From Octopus vulgaris (Eukaryota): DNA of 64,000 nucleotides. The translations under genes were made by a program, and so were the position numbers. The stretch covers positions 76,942,001 to 77,006,000 of the forward strand of contig OX597827.1 of assembly GCA_951406725.2 (NCBI GenBank), given 5' to 3'. This document shows, piece by piece, positions 45,620-59,676 of the stretch; positions within the stretch are counted from its first letter, which is position 1; the number at the start of each line of letters is the position of its first letter. The notes beneath the pieces are model-generated. The model saw only the letters and a program-made list of their open reading frames with translations. It made no database searches and had not been told where the DNA came from.

Positions 45620-45750
45620 TATGAAGAGGTGCTGAAAAGTTCCTGGTTTTAAGGGTATCATGGAAGGCCTGGAAGGAGGCCCAAACTTCTGATTTCTTTT
45701 ACAGGGCTTAGAAAGGCCTGAAGGACTGCAGCAGTAAGTGTGTGAGCCTC
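45620..45750 (+). mobile_element. Possible mariner-like fragment
   Basis: TIR-like TATGAAGAGGTGCTGAAAAGTTCC followed by FFYR/GLE..L..KCV-like remnants; second TIR not seen. Confidence 0.35.
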
Positions 45751-45762
45751 CTGTATTTAGGT

Positions 45763-46155
45763 GCAGGCGTGGCTGTGTGGTAAGAAGCTTGCTTCACAAC
45801 CTCATGGTTTCCGGGTTCAGTCCCTTACTGTGGTACCTTGGGCAAGTGCCTTCTACTATAGCCTTGAGTCAAGCAAAGCCCTGTGATTGAATTTCATAGA
45901 TAGAAAGTGGAAGAAGCCTGTTCTATACATTGTGTGTGTGTGTGTGAGTGTTTCCCTCCCACCACCACCACCGCTTGAAAACTGCTGTTGGTTTGTTTAC
46001 GTCCCTGTAACTAAGCAGTTTGGCAAAAGAGACTGATATAATAACTACCAGACTTTAAAACAAACAAGGTAAGTACTGGGTGGGGTTTGATTCTTCAAAG
46101 TGGTGCCCCAGCATGGCCGCAGTTCAATGACTGAAACAAGTAACAGATGAAAGAT
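45763..46155 (+). mobile_element. SINE family A
   Basis: Homologous to 1093-1519. Confidence 0.85.
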
Positions 46156-46832
46156 ATATGATATCTCTGAATTATACAGGTGTGGGTGGGAGTAATCAGG
46201 GTAGAGGTGGATTGAGAAATGAAGATAGTGATGACGAGGTATCAGAGGGGTCCTCAAGGTACAAAAAGGGGAATTGAAGAGAGAAGGGTCTGAAGATTGG
46301 GAAGGGAAGGGTAGATGGTAGAATTTGGAAGTGTATATGAAAATAATGAGGAGTGGTTAATGAGTAAGTGAGATAAATATAGTGGATGGCGAATGAAGGT
46401 GGAGGGGTTGTCAATAATAAATATGATGGAAGTTAGGGGAGAAGAGGTGATGACTGCCAGTACAGAAATGGTGAAGAGCAGCAGAATGATATTAATTGCA
46501 GCAATTGTATAAGTGGTACAGAGGGAATAGAGGTGGGTGGCTTCAAAAATGTGATGGATGTGATGAAATTGTAGTTGTGGCAGATGCTGGAGCCATGCAA
46601 CTAGCACATAAAAACACCCATTACATTCTCGGAGTGGTTGGCATGTTAGGAAGGGCATTCAACTGTAAAAGCTATGCCGAATCAAACTGGAGTCTGGTGT
46701 AGTCCTCAGCTTACCAGCCCTGGTCAAACCATCCAACCCATACCGGCATGGACAATGAATGCTAAATGAGGATGATGATGATGATGATGATGATGCTTGA
46801 TTTTGAAATTCATATCTCTAGCAGTCAAGTAT

Positions 46833-46879
46833 CCATCACTGATGACATCAAAGGAGATTGAAATCATGTGATCTGGTGG
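46833..46879 (+). ncRNA. Minimal type I hammerhead ribozyme, AUC cleavage site
   Basis: CCATCA-CTGATGA-C-ATC(AAAGGA)GAT-T-GAA-ATCATGTGAT-C-TGGTGG; 6-bp stem I; C-U mismatch at the base of stem II. Confidence 0.72.
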
Positions 46880-47056
46880 TCTGGGCACAGGAGTTGGTGG
46901 TTATCTGCCCTCTGGCTCTATAAACAAACAAGCATGCTTTCTGCACCAAAGCCAATATGAGAGTTTCTCTCATAATACAATTCTGTATTTCAGAGATGAG
47001 GAATTATGTACATTATTTACAATTGATAGATATTTGTCCTCATCTTGTTTGTTGTT

Positions 47057-47102
47057 AACACAATGTTTCGGCTGATATACCCTCCAGCCTTCATCAGGTG
47101 TC
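47057..47102 (-). ncRNA. Minimal hammerhead motif in the inverted arm
   Basis: Exact reverse complement of 47366-47411. Confidence 0.7.
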
Positions 47103-47200
47103 TTGGGGAAATTTCGAACCTGGATTCTCATTCCTAAGGTATTTTTTGATGTTGTTATTATTGTTGTTGTTGTTGTTATTATTCAGGTCACTACGCCTGT

Positions 47201-47275
47201 GGGCATATGGCATAGTGGTTAACAGCACAGGCTACAAACCCCAAGATTCCGAGTTCGATTCCAAGCAGTGACCTA

Positions 47276-47313
<38 letters not shown>

Positions 47314-47429
47314 CAACATTGAAAAATACCTTAGGAGTGAGAACCTCGGTTCAAAATTTCCCCAAGACACCTGATGAAGGCTGGAGGGTATATCAGCCGA
47401 AACATTGTGTTAACAACAAACAAGATGAG
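47201..47429 (+). mobile_element. tRNA-headed SINE-like element carrying a hammerhead
   Basis: A-box TGGCATAGTGG 47208-47218, B-box GAGTTCGATTCC 47251-47262, (TAA)n linker, then HHR. Confidence 0.78.
47366..47411 (+). ncRNA. Minimal type I hammerhead motif
   Basis: GACAC-CTGATGA-A-GGCTG(GAGGGTATAT)CAGCC-GAA-ACAT-T-GTGTT; ACAT is one CpG-type change from palindromic ACGT. Confidence 0.72.
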
Positions 47430-48013
47430 ATCAGATTTGAGCCTGGTGCAGCTTTCTGGCTCACCAGTCCTCAGTTAAACTGTCCAACCCATGCCAGCAT
47501 GGAAAGCAAACATTAAACGACGATGACATTGATGATGATGATGATGATGATAATATCGTAATTGTTTACAAATACCGAACATTCAAATAGTGAGTGAGAG
47601 ACCTCGCCATTTTTACATCAATACCAGAAGTTGACATTGAAAAACCTTTTGAAAGAAGTGAATCGTAAATATAAAGCAATATTTTTTTTATTTAAAAAAA
47701 AAAATCAAATGAAGACCCTATTATAGGTCAAAGGTCAAATTATTCATGTATGGAAGTATGAAAGTAATCGGTAAAGCCGTTTTCATGTGAAAAGCAAATA
47801 CACACATTGGCTTCTTTTAGATTCCATCTACCAAATCCATCAGAAGGCTTTGGTCACCCCAAGGCTATAGTAGAAGACTCTTGCCCATGGTGCCACGCAG
47901 TGGGACTGAACCCAGAACCATGTGGTTATGAAACAAGCTTCTTACCACACAGTAACACCCGCACCTCAAAATTTCATGAAAATTCCTGATTAATTCAAAA
48001 CTGCAAATAAATA

Positions 48014-48176
48014 AGGCATAATGGCTGTGTGATATGAAGCTTGCTAACCAACCACATGGTTTCGGGTTCAGTCCCACTGCGTGGCATGTTGGGCAAGTAT
48101 CTTCTACTATAGCCCCGGGCCAACCAATGCCTTGTGAGTGGATTTGGTAGACGGAAACTGAAAGAAGCCTGTCGTA

Positions 48177-48217
<41 letters not shown>

Positions 48218-48432
48218 TTGTGTGTCTGTGTTTGTCCCCTTAGCATTGCTTGACAACCGATGCTGGTGTGTTTATGTCCCCGTCACTTAGCGGTTCGGCA
48301 AAAAGAGACCGATAGAATAAGTACTGGGCTTACAAAGAATAAGTCCCGGGGTCAATTTGCTCGACTAAAGGCGGTGCTCCAGCATGGCCACAGTCAAATG
48401 ACTGAAACAAGTAAAAGAGTAAAGAGTAAGAG
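48014..48432 (+). mobile_element. SINE family A, full length, head-to-head with a minus-strand 5' half at 47808-47965
   Basis: B-box GGTTCAGTCCC; tail GTAAAAGAGTAAAGAG. Confidence 0.9.
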
Positions 48433-48684
48433 TATACATTTAACAGAATAATCTGAACAGGAAAACGTTGAACACTAACAATACATTCCTGGTATCCTCT
48501 CTTTGTCTGTGGGGTTCATCAATGTCCAAGGTTTTCTGAAAAGCTTCTCATGAACATTCTGAACAGTTCAGTCTGCTTCAAACTCATCCTTTATTCAAGT
48601 GATGGTGAGTCATGTAAGTGGAGTGATTTGAAAATCCCTTTCACACTGTCTTTGCCCAGTGTTTTCAAAACTTCCAGTTGTAGT

Positions 48685-49435
48685 TTATCCTGTTCATTAC
48701 CAACCTGGCTGAAACCAGCTCTGGCTCTGTAGTCCAAATGTCTTGTTTTCATAAGTTTTGAATTAAAATCTTCCACCAAACCTTAGTCACAATTTACATT
48801 CCTAACACTAGATTAATGATAACTAAGTTATTTTACTAAGTTCTTTGTTATATTTAAAATTAATTGAAAGAAACACAGAGCATCTCAAACACAGAGCATC
48901 TCAACAGAAATATGGTAACGAAAGGGTTAAAATATATGATAGAGAAACAATTCTTAACCCTTTTGATACCAACCAGGCTGAAACCAACTCTGGATCTGAG
49001 TACAAATGTCTTGTTTTCATAAGTTTTGAATGAAAATCTTCCACCAAACCTCAGTCACAATTTATGTTCCTAAAACTAGCTTAATGATAACTAAGTTATT
49101 TTACTAAATTCTTTGTTATATTTAAAATTAATTGAAAGAAACACAGAGCATCTCAACAGAAATACGGTAACAAAAGGGTTAAAATATATAATAGAAAAAC
49201 AATTCTTAACCCTTTTGATACCAACCTGGCTGAAACCAGCTCTGGCTCTGTAGTACAAATGTCTTGTTTTCATAAGTTTTGAATTAAAATCTTCCACCAA
49301 ACCTTAGTCACAATTTATGTTCCTAACACTAGCTGAATGATAACTAAGTTATTTTACTAAATTCTTTGTTATATTTAAAATTAATTGAAAGAAACACAGA
49401 GCATCTCAACATAAATACGGTAACGAAAGGGCTAA
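48685..49435 (-). mobile_element. Three tandem piggyBac-like MITEs, 252-bp period
   Basis: Reverse complement of the 12983-13462 unit, with the same spacer; TTAA starts at 48954 and 49206. Confidence 0.8.
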
Positions 49436-49657
49436 GAATGAATTTCCTTTGTTCAAAGCTTAGTCTTGCTCCCTTCCTTATTTCTAAGGGGCCAAATCTA
49501 AAAAAGGAAGTAAAATTGAGTTTATCAGCTGTTAAAGTGAGTATAGAGTCTTTTGAGACACCCTGAATAGATGTATATACGTGTTTGTGTATATGTGTGT
49601 ATGAGCAGTTAGATATATATATATATATAATATGTATGTGTGTGTATGTGTGTGTAT

Positions 49658-49704
<47 letters not shown>

Positions 49705-50289
49705 TGTATATATACATATATAGAGATAGATAGATAGGTAGGTAGATAGATAGATAGATAGACAGATATATATATATATATATATATAAACGTAGAGTAG
49801 ATGAAACCATGGCGACTGAAGAAGGGGTTTTTTTCTTTGTGTTATTTGTCCTGTACTCTATTTTTTTGTTGTTTAAAAAAAATGTCCAGTTCCTTGGGTT
49901 TGTGTCTATGTTTTTGTTTCTCATTGTGTTCGACGTTTTTTTTGGTGTCCTGTACTCATATATGCGTGTATATATACATGTAGAGGTAGGTACGTACATA
50001 TATGTATATATATATGCATATGTTTTATTTATGAATATATATATATATACATACTTATATAGATAGATAGATCGATAGATAAATAGATAGATAGATAGTT
50101 AGATAGATAGATTGATAGATAGATGGATAGATAGATAGATTGATAGATAGATGGATAGATAGATAGATATAGATATATATTAATACATATAATCACACAC
50201 ATGTACAAACATACAATACGCATGGCCACACACACACACCCACACACCCACACATACACACGCACATGCACGCACACACACACACAGGT

Positions 50290-50455
50290 CGTGGCCATAA
50301 CAGAGGAGTTTAAGACTTGCTGCCTGTGGGAACTTCTCTACACCATTGACCTGCTTCTCACAAAAGAATCTTATAAAGAATTACAGAAGAAATTCCAAGC
50401 ATGAGAAAACAATCTAGAAACTGAGGGCCTGAAAGGGAACAGAGCAAAGACAGGA
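50290..50455 (+). pseudogene. RTE-type LINE reverse transcriptase fragment
   Basis: AITEEFKTCCLWELLYTIDLLL...*ENNLETEGLKGNRAKT, a decayed (P)WELLYADDL and GLKVNxxKT; catalytic motif lost and stop present. Confidence 0.7.
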
Positions 50456-50990
50456 CAGTTATGTCATCTGAGAAATACAGGACCAGGCTTGATTGGGGCA
50501 GAAATGGGGTCTAAGGAATATAAATGATGTACCGTGTAGCTAATTGAAACTATGGGTGTACAAGAGACACAGTGGGAGTAGCAGCAGAAATACGAGGAAG
50601 AAGGATTTGATGAGTCACAAACATGTGACAGAGTAGTTAGTGCTTCTTTTCTTGTTTTGGTCAGACATTCTGGAACAGCAACTTGAAGAATTTTTAGGCA
50701 ATCCAATTGACCCCAATACTTATTACCATTTTAAGCACCTGGTGTTTATTCTATGAGTATCTTTTGCTGGACTACTAGAATGTGGGGATGTAAACAAACC
50801 AATAAACCCCGGTTGTCAATTGGTGGGGGACAAATACAAAAACAAAGACATGCGTACGTACTTCCCATCTTTCCTGAGCGTCCAATAATACTTTATTTGT
50901 TCCACGTCCTCTCGTTGTGCTTTTTTGTTTTTTTGTGTTTTCTTGTTTGGATTAACTTTATATATATATATATATATACATACATATATA

Positions 50991-51274
50991 TTGTTTGTTC
51001 GTTCTCGAACCATGCCTGGCTCATAAGGGCCGGTTTCCCGGTTTCCTTGGCGTATAGGTTCCTCACCTGGACGAGACGCCGGTCTGTCACAGGTGAGTTG
51101 CAAGATGCAGGAGGAAAGAGTGAGAGAAAGTTGTGGTGAAAGAGTCAGCAGAAGTTCGCCATTACCTTCTGCCGGAGCCGCGTGGAACTTAGGTGTTTTG
51201 CTCATAAACACATACATCACCCAGTCTGAGGTTCGAAACCGTGATCCCTCGACCACTAGGCCATGTGCCTCCAC
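50991..51274 (-). mobile_element. SINE with a family D-like head and a different 3' tail
   Basis: Head and middle match 5259-5445; the remainder is unrelated to the family D tail. Confidence 0.75.
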
Positions 51275-51758
51275 ATACATATATATATATATACATATAT
51301 ATATACATACGTATACATATATATGTATACATATATATGCATGTATATATATATATATATATATATCATATATATCTATATATCTATATATAGATATATA
51401 GATATATATATATAGATATATATATTATTCTTTTATTCCTTTACTTGTTTCAGTCCTTTGACTGCAGCCATGCTGGAGCACGGCATTTAGTTAAGCAAAT
51501 CGACCCCAGGACTTATTCTTTGTAAGCCTAGTACTTATTCTATTGGTTTCTTATTCTATCGATCTTTTTATAAATATATATATACAACAGGCTTCTTTCA
51601 GTTTCCATCTACCAAATCCACTCACAAGGATTTGGTCAGCTCGAGGCTGTAGTAGGAGACACTTACCTACAGTGCCAAGCAGTGGGACTGAACCCAGAAC
51701 CATTTGGTTGGTAAGAAAGCTACTTACCACACAGCCACCCCTGCGCCTATATATATAA

Positions 51759-51870
<112 letters not shown>

Positions 51871-52146
51871 TGGTATCATGGTATTGACCAGACTGTCGGA
51901 TGTTGTTATACATCAGTGGTCACAATACGCTTGGCTTTGTTTTAGCAAAATCAATAAAAAGAGCCAGTGAAGTTGTCAAGGGGAATGGAAAATCCTGTAT
52001 TTCAGTCAGAATCTTTCATTGAGGGAGAAGTTGACAGGAGCGAAATTAATGAGAGACGGCAGTGTTCTACACCCTCTGAGTAAGGGTCTTCCACTGGGAT
52101 CTGCCCTTTTAATCACTCCTTTTTTTTTTCTGTCTATATTTATTAC

Positions 52147-52517
52147 GAACCTGTTGAGGCAAGTGAAATCAAAATCGAAATCGCTCAAAAATCAATGGAA
52201 ATTGTTGTTGTGATACCCTGCCGGTGGCATGTAAAAGAACCATTCAAACGTGACCGTTGCCAGCGCCGCCCTGACTGGCCTCCATGCTGGTGGCACGTAA
52301 AAAGCACCAACCGATTGTGGCCGCAGCCAGCCTCGCCTGGCACGTAAAAAGCACCCACTACACTCACGGAGTGGTTGGCGCTAGGAAGGGCATCCAGCTG
52401 TAGAATCACTGCCAGATTAGACTGGGCCTGGTGCAGCCTTCTGGCTTCCCAGACCCCAGTCAAACCGTCCGACCCATGCTAGCATGGCAAATGGATGTTA
52501 AACAATGATGATGATGA
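52147..52517 (+). mobile_element. SINE-like family B
   Basis: Head, modules and (GAT)n tail present. Confidence 0.85.
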
Positions 52518-53209
52518 TATATTTATTATGAACTTTCTGCACCACTGCAAAACATACAGACAATTTCTTACAGACATAACACCACACACACATGCATGCA
52601 CACACACATTCACATAGCTACACAACTACTCTAAGACTATTCAAATAATCTGGGAATCTGACTGCACAACAACAGACTTAATCTAACACCTACCAAATCC
52701 ACTGCCTTCCCTCCCACCCAGCAACACCACACAGCACCACATACATCTCAGCCTCCCACTCAACAATACACACATACTCCATACAAGCCACACCCATGAA
52801 CCACACCACCAACAGACAACAGCCATAGGCCACACCCACATCTACAGACCACACCCAAAGATCATATCCACATGGACCACACCCAAAGACCATCCACACA
52901 ACAAAACAATGTCTGACCTCCTGGCCATGGAACAAGCTCAGTTCTGTTGCCACAGCCTGCACCGTCCATGTCTCACTCCACGCAAAACCATCTCCAAATA
53001 CTGAAACGCATTTACAACACCCCCAGGGCATTGCAACAAAGTCCTTAGAACACTATCTCTCCTGCTCAACCTCGGATAAACATAATCAATAAATATACTT
53101 TTCTGGTGTGGCCAGCAGCAGAATCCGTGGCCATACAGGAATGGAGTGGACAATGGAGAGAGTGTGATATCTCCAGACCATCACTTTATTGTAATATAGG
53201 TTCTCACCA

Positions 53210-53620
53210 AGGTGGCGAGCCAGCAGAAACATTAGTATGCTGGACAAAGCGCTTAGCGGTATTTCGCCTGTTGTTACATTCTGAGTTCAAATTCCACAGA
53301 GGTCAACTTTTCCTTTCATCCTTTCATGGTCGATAAATTAAGTACCAGTTTTGCACTGGGATCTATATAATCGACTTAATCCCTTTGTTTGTCTTTGTTT
53401 GTCCCCTCTATATTTAGCCCCCTGTGGGCAATAAAGAAATAAGAAATGTTAGCACACTGGACAAAGCACTTAGTGGTATTTCGCCTGTTGTTACATTCTG
53501 AGTTCAAATTCCGCTGAGGTCAACTTTTCTTTTCATCCTTTCAGGGTCAATAAATTAAGTACCAGTTGCATACTAGGGTCAATCAAATCTCACCAAAATT
53601 TCAGGCCTTGTGCGTATTGC
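53210..53620 (+). mobile_element. SINE family C, two tandem copies
   Basis: B-box GAGTTCAAATTCC followed by TTTCATCCTTTCNNGGTCRATAAATTAAGTACCAGTT, which resembles the Nin/Deu-type central domain (from memory). Confidence 0.8.
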
Positions 53621-54203
53621 AGAAAGTAGAAAGGAGTACAGGCTCTCACCACAACAGAAATATTGACCTGTTCAGAGGAGAGGGTGCAATATGTCACACT
53701 TTATCATATCTTGTATCTTTTATTTGTTTCAGTCATTAGGCTGTGGCCATGCTGGGGCACCACCTCAAAGAATTTTTAGTCAAGTGAACAGACCTCATTA
53801 CTTATTCTATCGGTCTCATTTGCTGAATACTGATTGTAGGGGACAATCACAAACACAAGGACACACATACACAGATATATACACATATACAAACAGCTTC
53901 ATTCAGTTTCCTTCTACCAAATCCACTCACAAGGCTTTGGTCAACCCAAAACTATAGCAGACAACTCTTTTCCAAGGTACCACACAATGGGACTGAACCC
54001 TGAACCATGTGGTTGGGAAGCCAACTTCATACCACACAGCCATGCCTGCATTTTTACCACAATAGAAAGACCTTGATGATATTTTGGTGGTCAGCCTCTA
54101 ATCAAATGCAGGATATCTTCCACACAATTATGACATAATCCACATTTTTTTGGTGCAGCTGTAGATTTAATGGTTTAAGTGTCTCTTTTTTTTTTTGCCT
54201 ATG

Positions 54204-54607
54204 AGGCGTAGGAGTGGCTGTGTGGTAAGTAGCTTGCTTATGAACCACATGGTTCCAGGTTCAATCCCACAGCAAGTGTCTTCTACTATAGCCTCAAGCC
54301 GACCAAAGCCTTGTGAATGGATTTGGTAGATGGAAACTGAAAGAAACCCGTCATATATATGTATATGTATATATATGTGTGTGTATATATTTGTGTGTCT
54401 GTGTTTGTCCCCCCAACATCGCTTGACAACCGATGCTGGTGTGTTTACATCCCCGTACCTTAGCAGTTCGGCAAAAGAGACCGATAGAATAAGTACTAGG
54501 CTTCCAAAGAATAAGTCCTGGGGTTGATCTGCTCAACTAAAGGCAGTGCTCCAGCATGGCCACAGTCAAATGACTGAAACAAGTAAAACAGTAAAAGAGT
54601 AAAAGAG
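54204..54607 (+). mobile_element. SINE family A
   Basis: Homologous to 1093-1519. Confidence 0.9.
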
Positions 54608-54744
54608 GTATTTCCTAGCTGTCTCCTTCTCTAAGATTGCAAAAGTATAACCTCCAAGATGTGATATGATATAATGGTTTCATGTCCAAGGAAGGTTAGA
54701 CTGCATGTTAATCTAAACATGATCCAAGGAATCACTAGCATGCT

Positions 54745-55400
54745 GGGCAAAGGGCAACTTTGCCTTTCATCCCTTTCAAGGTCGATAGAGTAAGTACCCA
54801 TTGAGCACTTGGGTCAATGTAACTGACTTACCCCCTCCCCTGAACTTGCTGGCCTTGCGCTAAAATTTGAAGCCAATATTGACATCATTCTGCAAGGGTC
54901 AACTTTGCCGTCCATCCTTTCGGGGCCAATAAAATAAAACCAGTTGATCACTTGGGTCAATTTAATCAACTTGCTCCCCCCCACCACCACATCCCCCCCC
55001 ACCACCACCACCAAAAAAATTGCTGGCCTGGTAACAAAATTTGCAATCCATATCAACATCATCCACAAGGCAGCAAGCTGGCAGAATCGTCAGTACCAGT
55101 TACGCACTGGGGTTGATGTAATCGACTTAATCCCTTTGTCTGTCCTTGTTTGTCCCCTCTATGTTTAGCCCCTTGTGGGCTATAAAGATATAAGACTCAT
55201 TAGCACACTAGACGAAATGATTAGCAGCATTTTGTCTGACTTTACATTCTGAGTTCAAATCCTGCCGAGGTCGATTTTGCCTTTTGCCCTTCTGGGGTTA
55301 ATAAAATAAGTACCAGTTGAGCACTGGGGTTGATATAATCAACTTACCCCCTCCCCTCAAATTGCTGGACTGATATTGCTGAAATTTGAAACCAATAATG
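54745..55400 (+). mobile_element. Cluster of family C SINE fragments
   Basis: Repeated ACTTTGCC(T/G)T(T/C)CATCC...AGTACC...CTGGGGTTGAT units. Confidence 0.75.
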
Positions 55401-55700
55401 TTACTATTTGCCGTTAACCCCTTCAAGTTTACTGGAAACATATCCTTTGTTTCATGTGGCTCCTGTCCCCTTGGCTGGCAAAAGTGAGCTGTGCCATCAC
55501 TGTCACGATCTGTGCCATACTGTGCTTGAGAAAAGTGTTAAGATCATGCAAGTCTCAGCCACTTACATGTTGATCTCATGAGCAGGCTGTTCCACTGATC
55601 GGACAAACTGGAACACTCGTTGTTGGGACGAACAGAGTGACAGTTTTATATGTAAATATATAAATATACATATATATACATATGTATACGTATATATATA

Positions 55701-55853
<153 letters not shown>

Positions 55854-55909
55854 TTATATATACATATATATATAACACACACAAAATATATATACACACA
55901 CACATATAT

Positions 55910-55945
<36 letters not shown>

Positions 55946-56189
55946 GCATTTATATATATATGCCTATAAATCTAAATATATAGATGTTCACCAGACACAC
56001 AGACACAACACACACACATACAAACACATGTGTGGGTGCGTGTGCTATATGTATATGCAGAGAGAGCGTGAGAGAGAGAGTGAGAAGTGATGCCGCATGT
56101 AATTAGTATACTAATACAACAGACGCTACTTACCCACCTCCAGCTAGCTGGCAGCAGTATATATATATATATAGATGTATATATATCTT

Positions 56190-56243
<54 letters not shown>

Positions 56244-56439
56244 TCTTTGCACATACATATATATATATATATATGTATTTGTTGATATATATATATGTGT
56301 GTATATATTTCTATCCGTGTATATATGACTTATACACTTGTATTGCACGGGGTATAGATTTAGATTCATTGTTGGGTTGCGTCATGGCTGATAGCAAAGT
56401 GGTGGGCCGTTGCTATCTTCCATCCTTTTCTTTCTTTTA

Positions 56440-56548
<109 letters not shown>

Positions 56549-56709
56549 GTATGTGTGTATACACACACACACACTCACACATTCACACATATTTACATAT
56601 ATGTGTGCCTGTATTTATGCATAAAAGCATATATATATATGTGTGTGTGTGTGTGTATCTATGTATGTATATATACATCAGTATATATAACTTTGTGTAT
56701 ATGTGTGTG

Positions 56710-56771
<62 letters not shown>

Positions 56772-57483
56772 ATGTGTATGTATATGTGAAAAATGCATAT
56801 ATATATATATATGTATGTATATACACACACATATACACACATATACATGTGCATATCCATGTATATATTTATATGTTTATATTTGTGTGTATATCAATAT
56901 CTATTTTTATGAGTGGTGTGTGTGTGTTTGTGTGTGTGTGTGCATGCATACATGTGCACATGTGCATGTATATACAGCTATACAGGAGAGAGAAGTGGGA
57001 GAGGAAGAGAGAGATAGTTTCACTGAAACCAAAAAAAAAATTCGCAAACTGTTACTCTGAGACTTGCCAATGTAGAATTAATATAACCACACAGATAAAC
57101 AAGAATCAAATTAAAGATCTATACATCAATAAATATATTGTTTAATGAGTTCTATAAAAGGGATCAGAAGTTTGAGCCTGTTCTCAAATGACTAAGACAG
57201 TATGCGCCACTGAGGGGTTGAAATCATACCAAAACTTGGTGTTTAGTTGGCCATTGATGTCACATGGTGTTTAGCTTGAATGTTTTTCTCTCACAAAGGT
57301 GAAACGAATAAATTTTTCTTCAAGAAAGACTCCTACCTGTCTTTCGTGTTGTGTTTACCAGGACACGTTAGAATTAGATGTCCGGGTCTTTATGTTTCTC
57401 TGTATGTATAAGTGTGTGTGTGTGCATGCGTGCGTATGTGAGTGCATATCTATATATGTATATTTATAAATATATGTATGTAT

Positions 57484-57879
57484 AGGCACAGGAGTGGCTG
57501 TGTGGCAAGAAGCTTGCTTCCCAACCACATGGTTCCGGGTTCATTCCCACTGCGTGGCACCTTGGGCAAGTGTCTTCTACTATAGCCTCGGGCCGACCAA
57601 AGCCTTGTGAGTGGATTTGGTAGACGGAAACTGAAAGAAGCCCATCGTATATATACATATATATGTGTATATGTTTGTGTGTCTGTTTGTCTCCCCCACC
57701 ATCGCTTGACAACCGATGTTGGTGTGTTTACGTCTCCGTAAATTAGCGATGCCACAAAAGAGACCAATAGAATTAGTATTTGGTTATAAAAAATAAGTCT
57801 TGGGGTCGATTTGTTCGACTAAAGGCAGTGCTCCGGCATGGCCGCTATCAAATGACTGAAATAAGTAAAAGAATAAAAG
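57484..57879 (+). mobile_element. SINE family A, full length
   Basis: Homologous to 1093-1519. Confidence 0.9.
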
Positions 57880-58534
57880 GTGTGTCTGTTTATATCTATA
57901 TCTGTCTATCTACGCACACACAAGCACACACACACTTATATATAGATAGAAACTGAAAGAAGTGTACTGTATATGTACATGTGTGTGTGTGTGTACGTGT
58001 GTGTGTGTATGTGTGTGTACGTGTGTGTGTGTACGTGTGTGTGTGTACGTGTGTGTGTGTACGTGTGTGTGTGTACGTGTGTGTGTGTACGTGTGTGCGT
58101 GTGTACGTGTGTGTGTGTACGTGTGTGTGTGTACGTGTGTGTGTGTGTGTGTGTGTACGTGTGTGTGTACGTGTGTGTGTGTGTGTGTGTGTGTGTGCGT
58201 TTGTTCTTTATGGCTCATTACCTGACAACTGGTGCTAGTTTGTTTACATCCCCATATCTATTTCTCTGTTTATCTCTCTCTATCGTCCTCTCTCTCTCTC
58301 TTTCACTCTCCCTCTCTTTCTTCCCTCCCCTTCTCTCTCTCTAAATCGTTTACTCTTTCTCCTTATCGCTCTCTGTGTCACCCTTTCGCTCTAAATTTAG
58401 TGGAGAAATGGGGTCGGGGTGATCTTGACTCATTTCAGAAGAGAGAATGGCTTGGTGCTTCGTGGGACTATTGGCGGAGGGAGTGACGAGCACACAGAGT
58501 TTTCTGAGCATGTGCGCACACACACACACACACA

Positions 58535-58628
<94 letters not shown>

Positions 58629-58919
58629 CACACACACACGCACACATATGGATGTTTATGTATGTACACAACAACACTGACAGACATGCAGACACACAAA
58701 TATAAGCATGTATTCAGATACTTTCACACACACACACACACATACACACACAGGCACACATACACACACATCTGTAACTCAATGCAGAACAAATATTTCA
58801 AGGGGCTTAATTTAGTTTTGTTGCCGATGTTTCTGTCTCTTGCTAAGACACACAGGACACATTGGTGAAAGATATACACATACACAGATAGCTACATACT
58901 CACACACACACACAAACAC

Positions 58920-58920
58920 A

Positions 58921-58983
<63 letters not shown>

Positions 58984-59007
58984 AATCATAATCATCATCA
59001 TCACCAC

Positions 59008-59054
<47 letters not shown>

Positions 59055-59055
59055 A

Positions 59056-59093
<38 letters not shown>

Positions 59094-59187
59094 CATCATC
59101 ATCATCATCATCATCCTCCCCCTCCTCCTCATCATCAACATCACCACCACCGCCACCACCACCACACCACCATCACCATCATCATCC

Positions 59188-59229
<42 letters not shown>

Positions 59230-59260
59230 CCACCATCATCATCATTATCATCATTATTAA
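58920..59260. repeat. Long (CAT)n array
   Basis: Direct reading. Confidence 0.95.
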
Positions 59261-59676
59261 ACATTGTTTAAACATCCACCTTTCCATGCTTGTATGGGTT
59301 GGACAGAATTTGTTGTGTCAGACTTCCTAATTAAGGGGTGCCCTTCCTGTTGCCGACCCTCGCCTGCTTCCCTACGAGGCAATACTTCCCCATGACCAGA
59401 CATTTTTTTCCACAGAATATTGGTAAGGAAGGAAGGAAGGACAGCGCTTGCTGCATGAAGGTGGCAGATGCTTACAACCAGCAAGTCATGTTAGGGCAAT
59501 GAGACAGTGACACATACACACAAACACACACACTCACACGCATGCACACAAACACATACACACTCACACGCATGCACACAAACACATACACACTCACACG
59601 CATGCACACAAACACACAACTCAGCTAACACACAGCCCACACACACATACATGCACACACACAGTTCACACACACA

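Noticed and set aside
49815-49850. GCGA-CTGAAGA-AGGGG core-like start
   Set aside because: No closing stem II or GAAA downstream; at most a truncated remnant
52900-53090. Possible LINE C-terminal CCHC remnant (HCNK...LEHYLSC)
   Set aside because: Requires several frameshifts and cannot be supported without a profile search
57195-57250. CCA-CTGAGG-GGT...ACC-AAAAC possible decayed hammerhead
   Set aside because: Needs too many substitutions to fit the core
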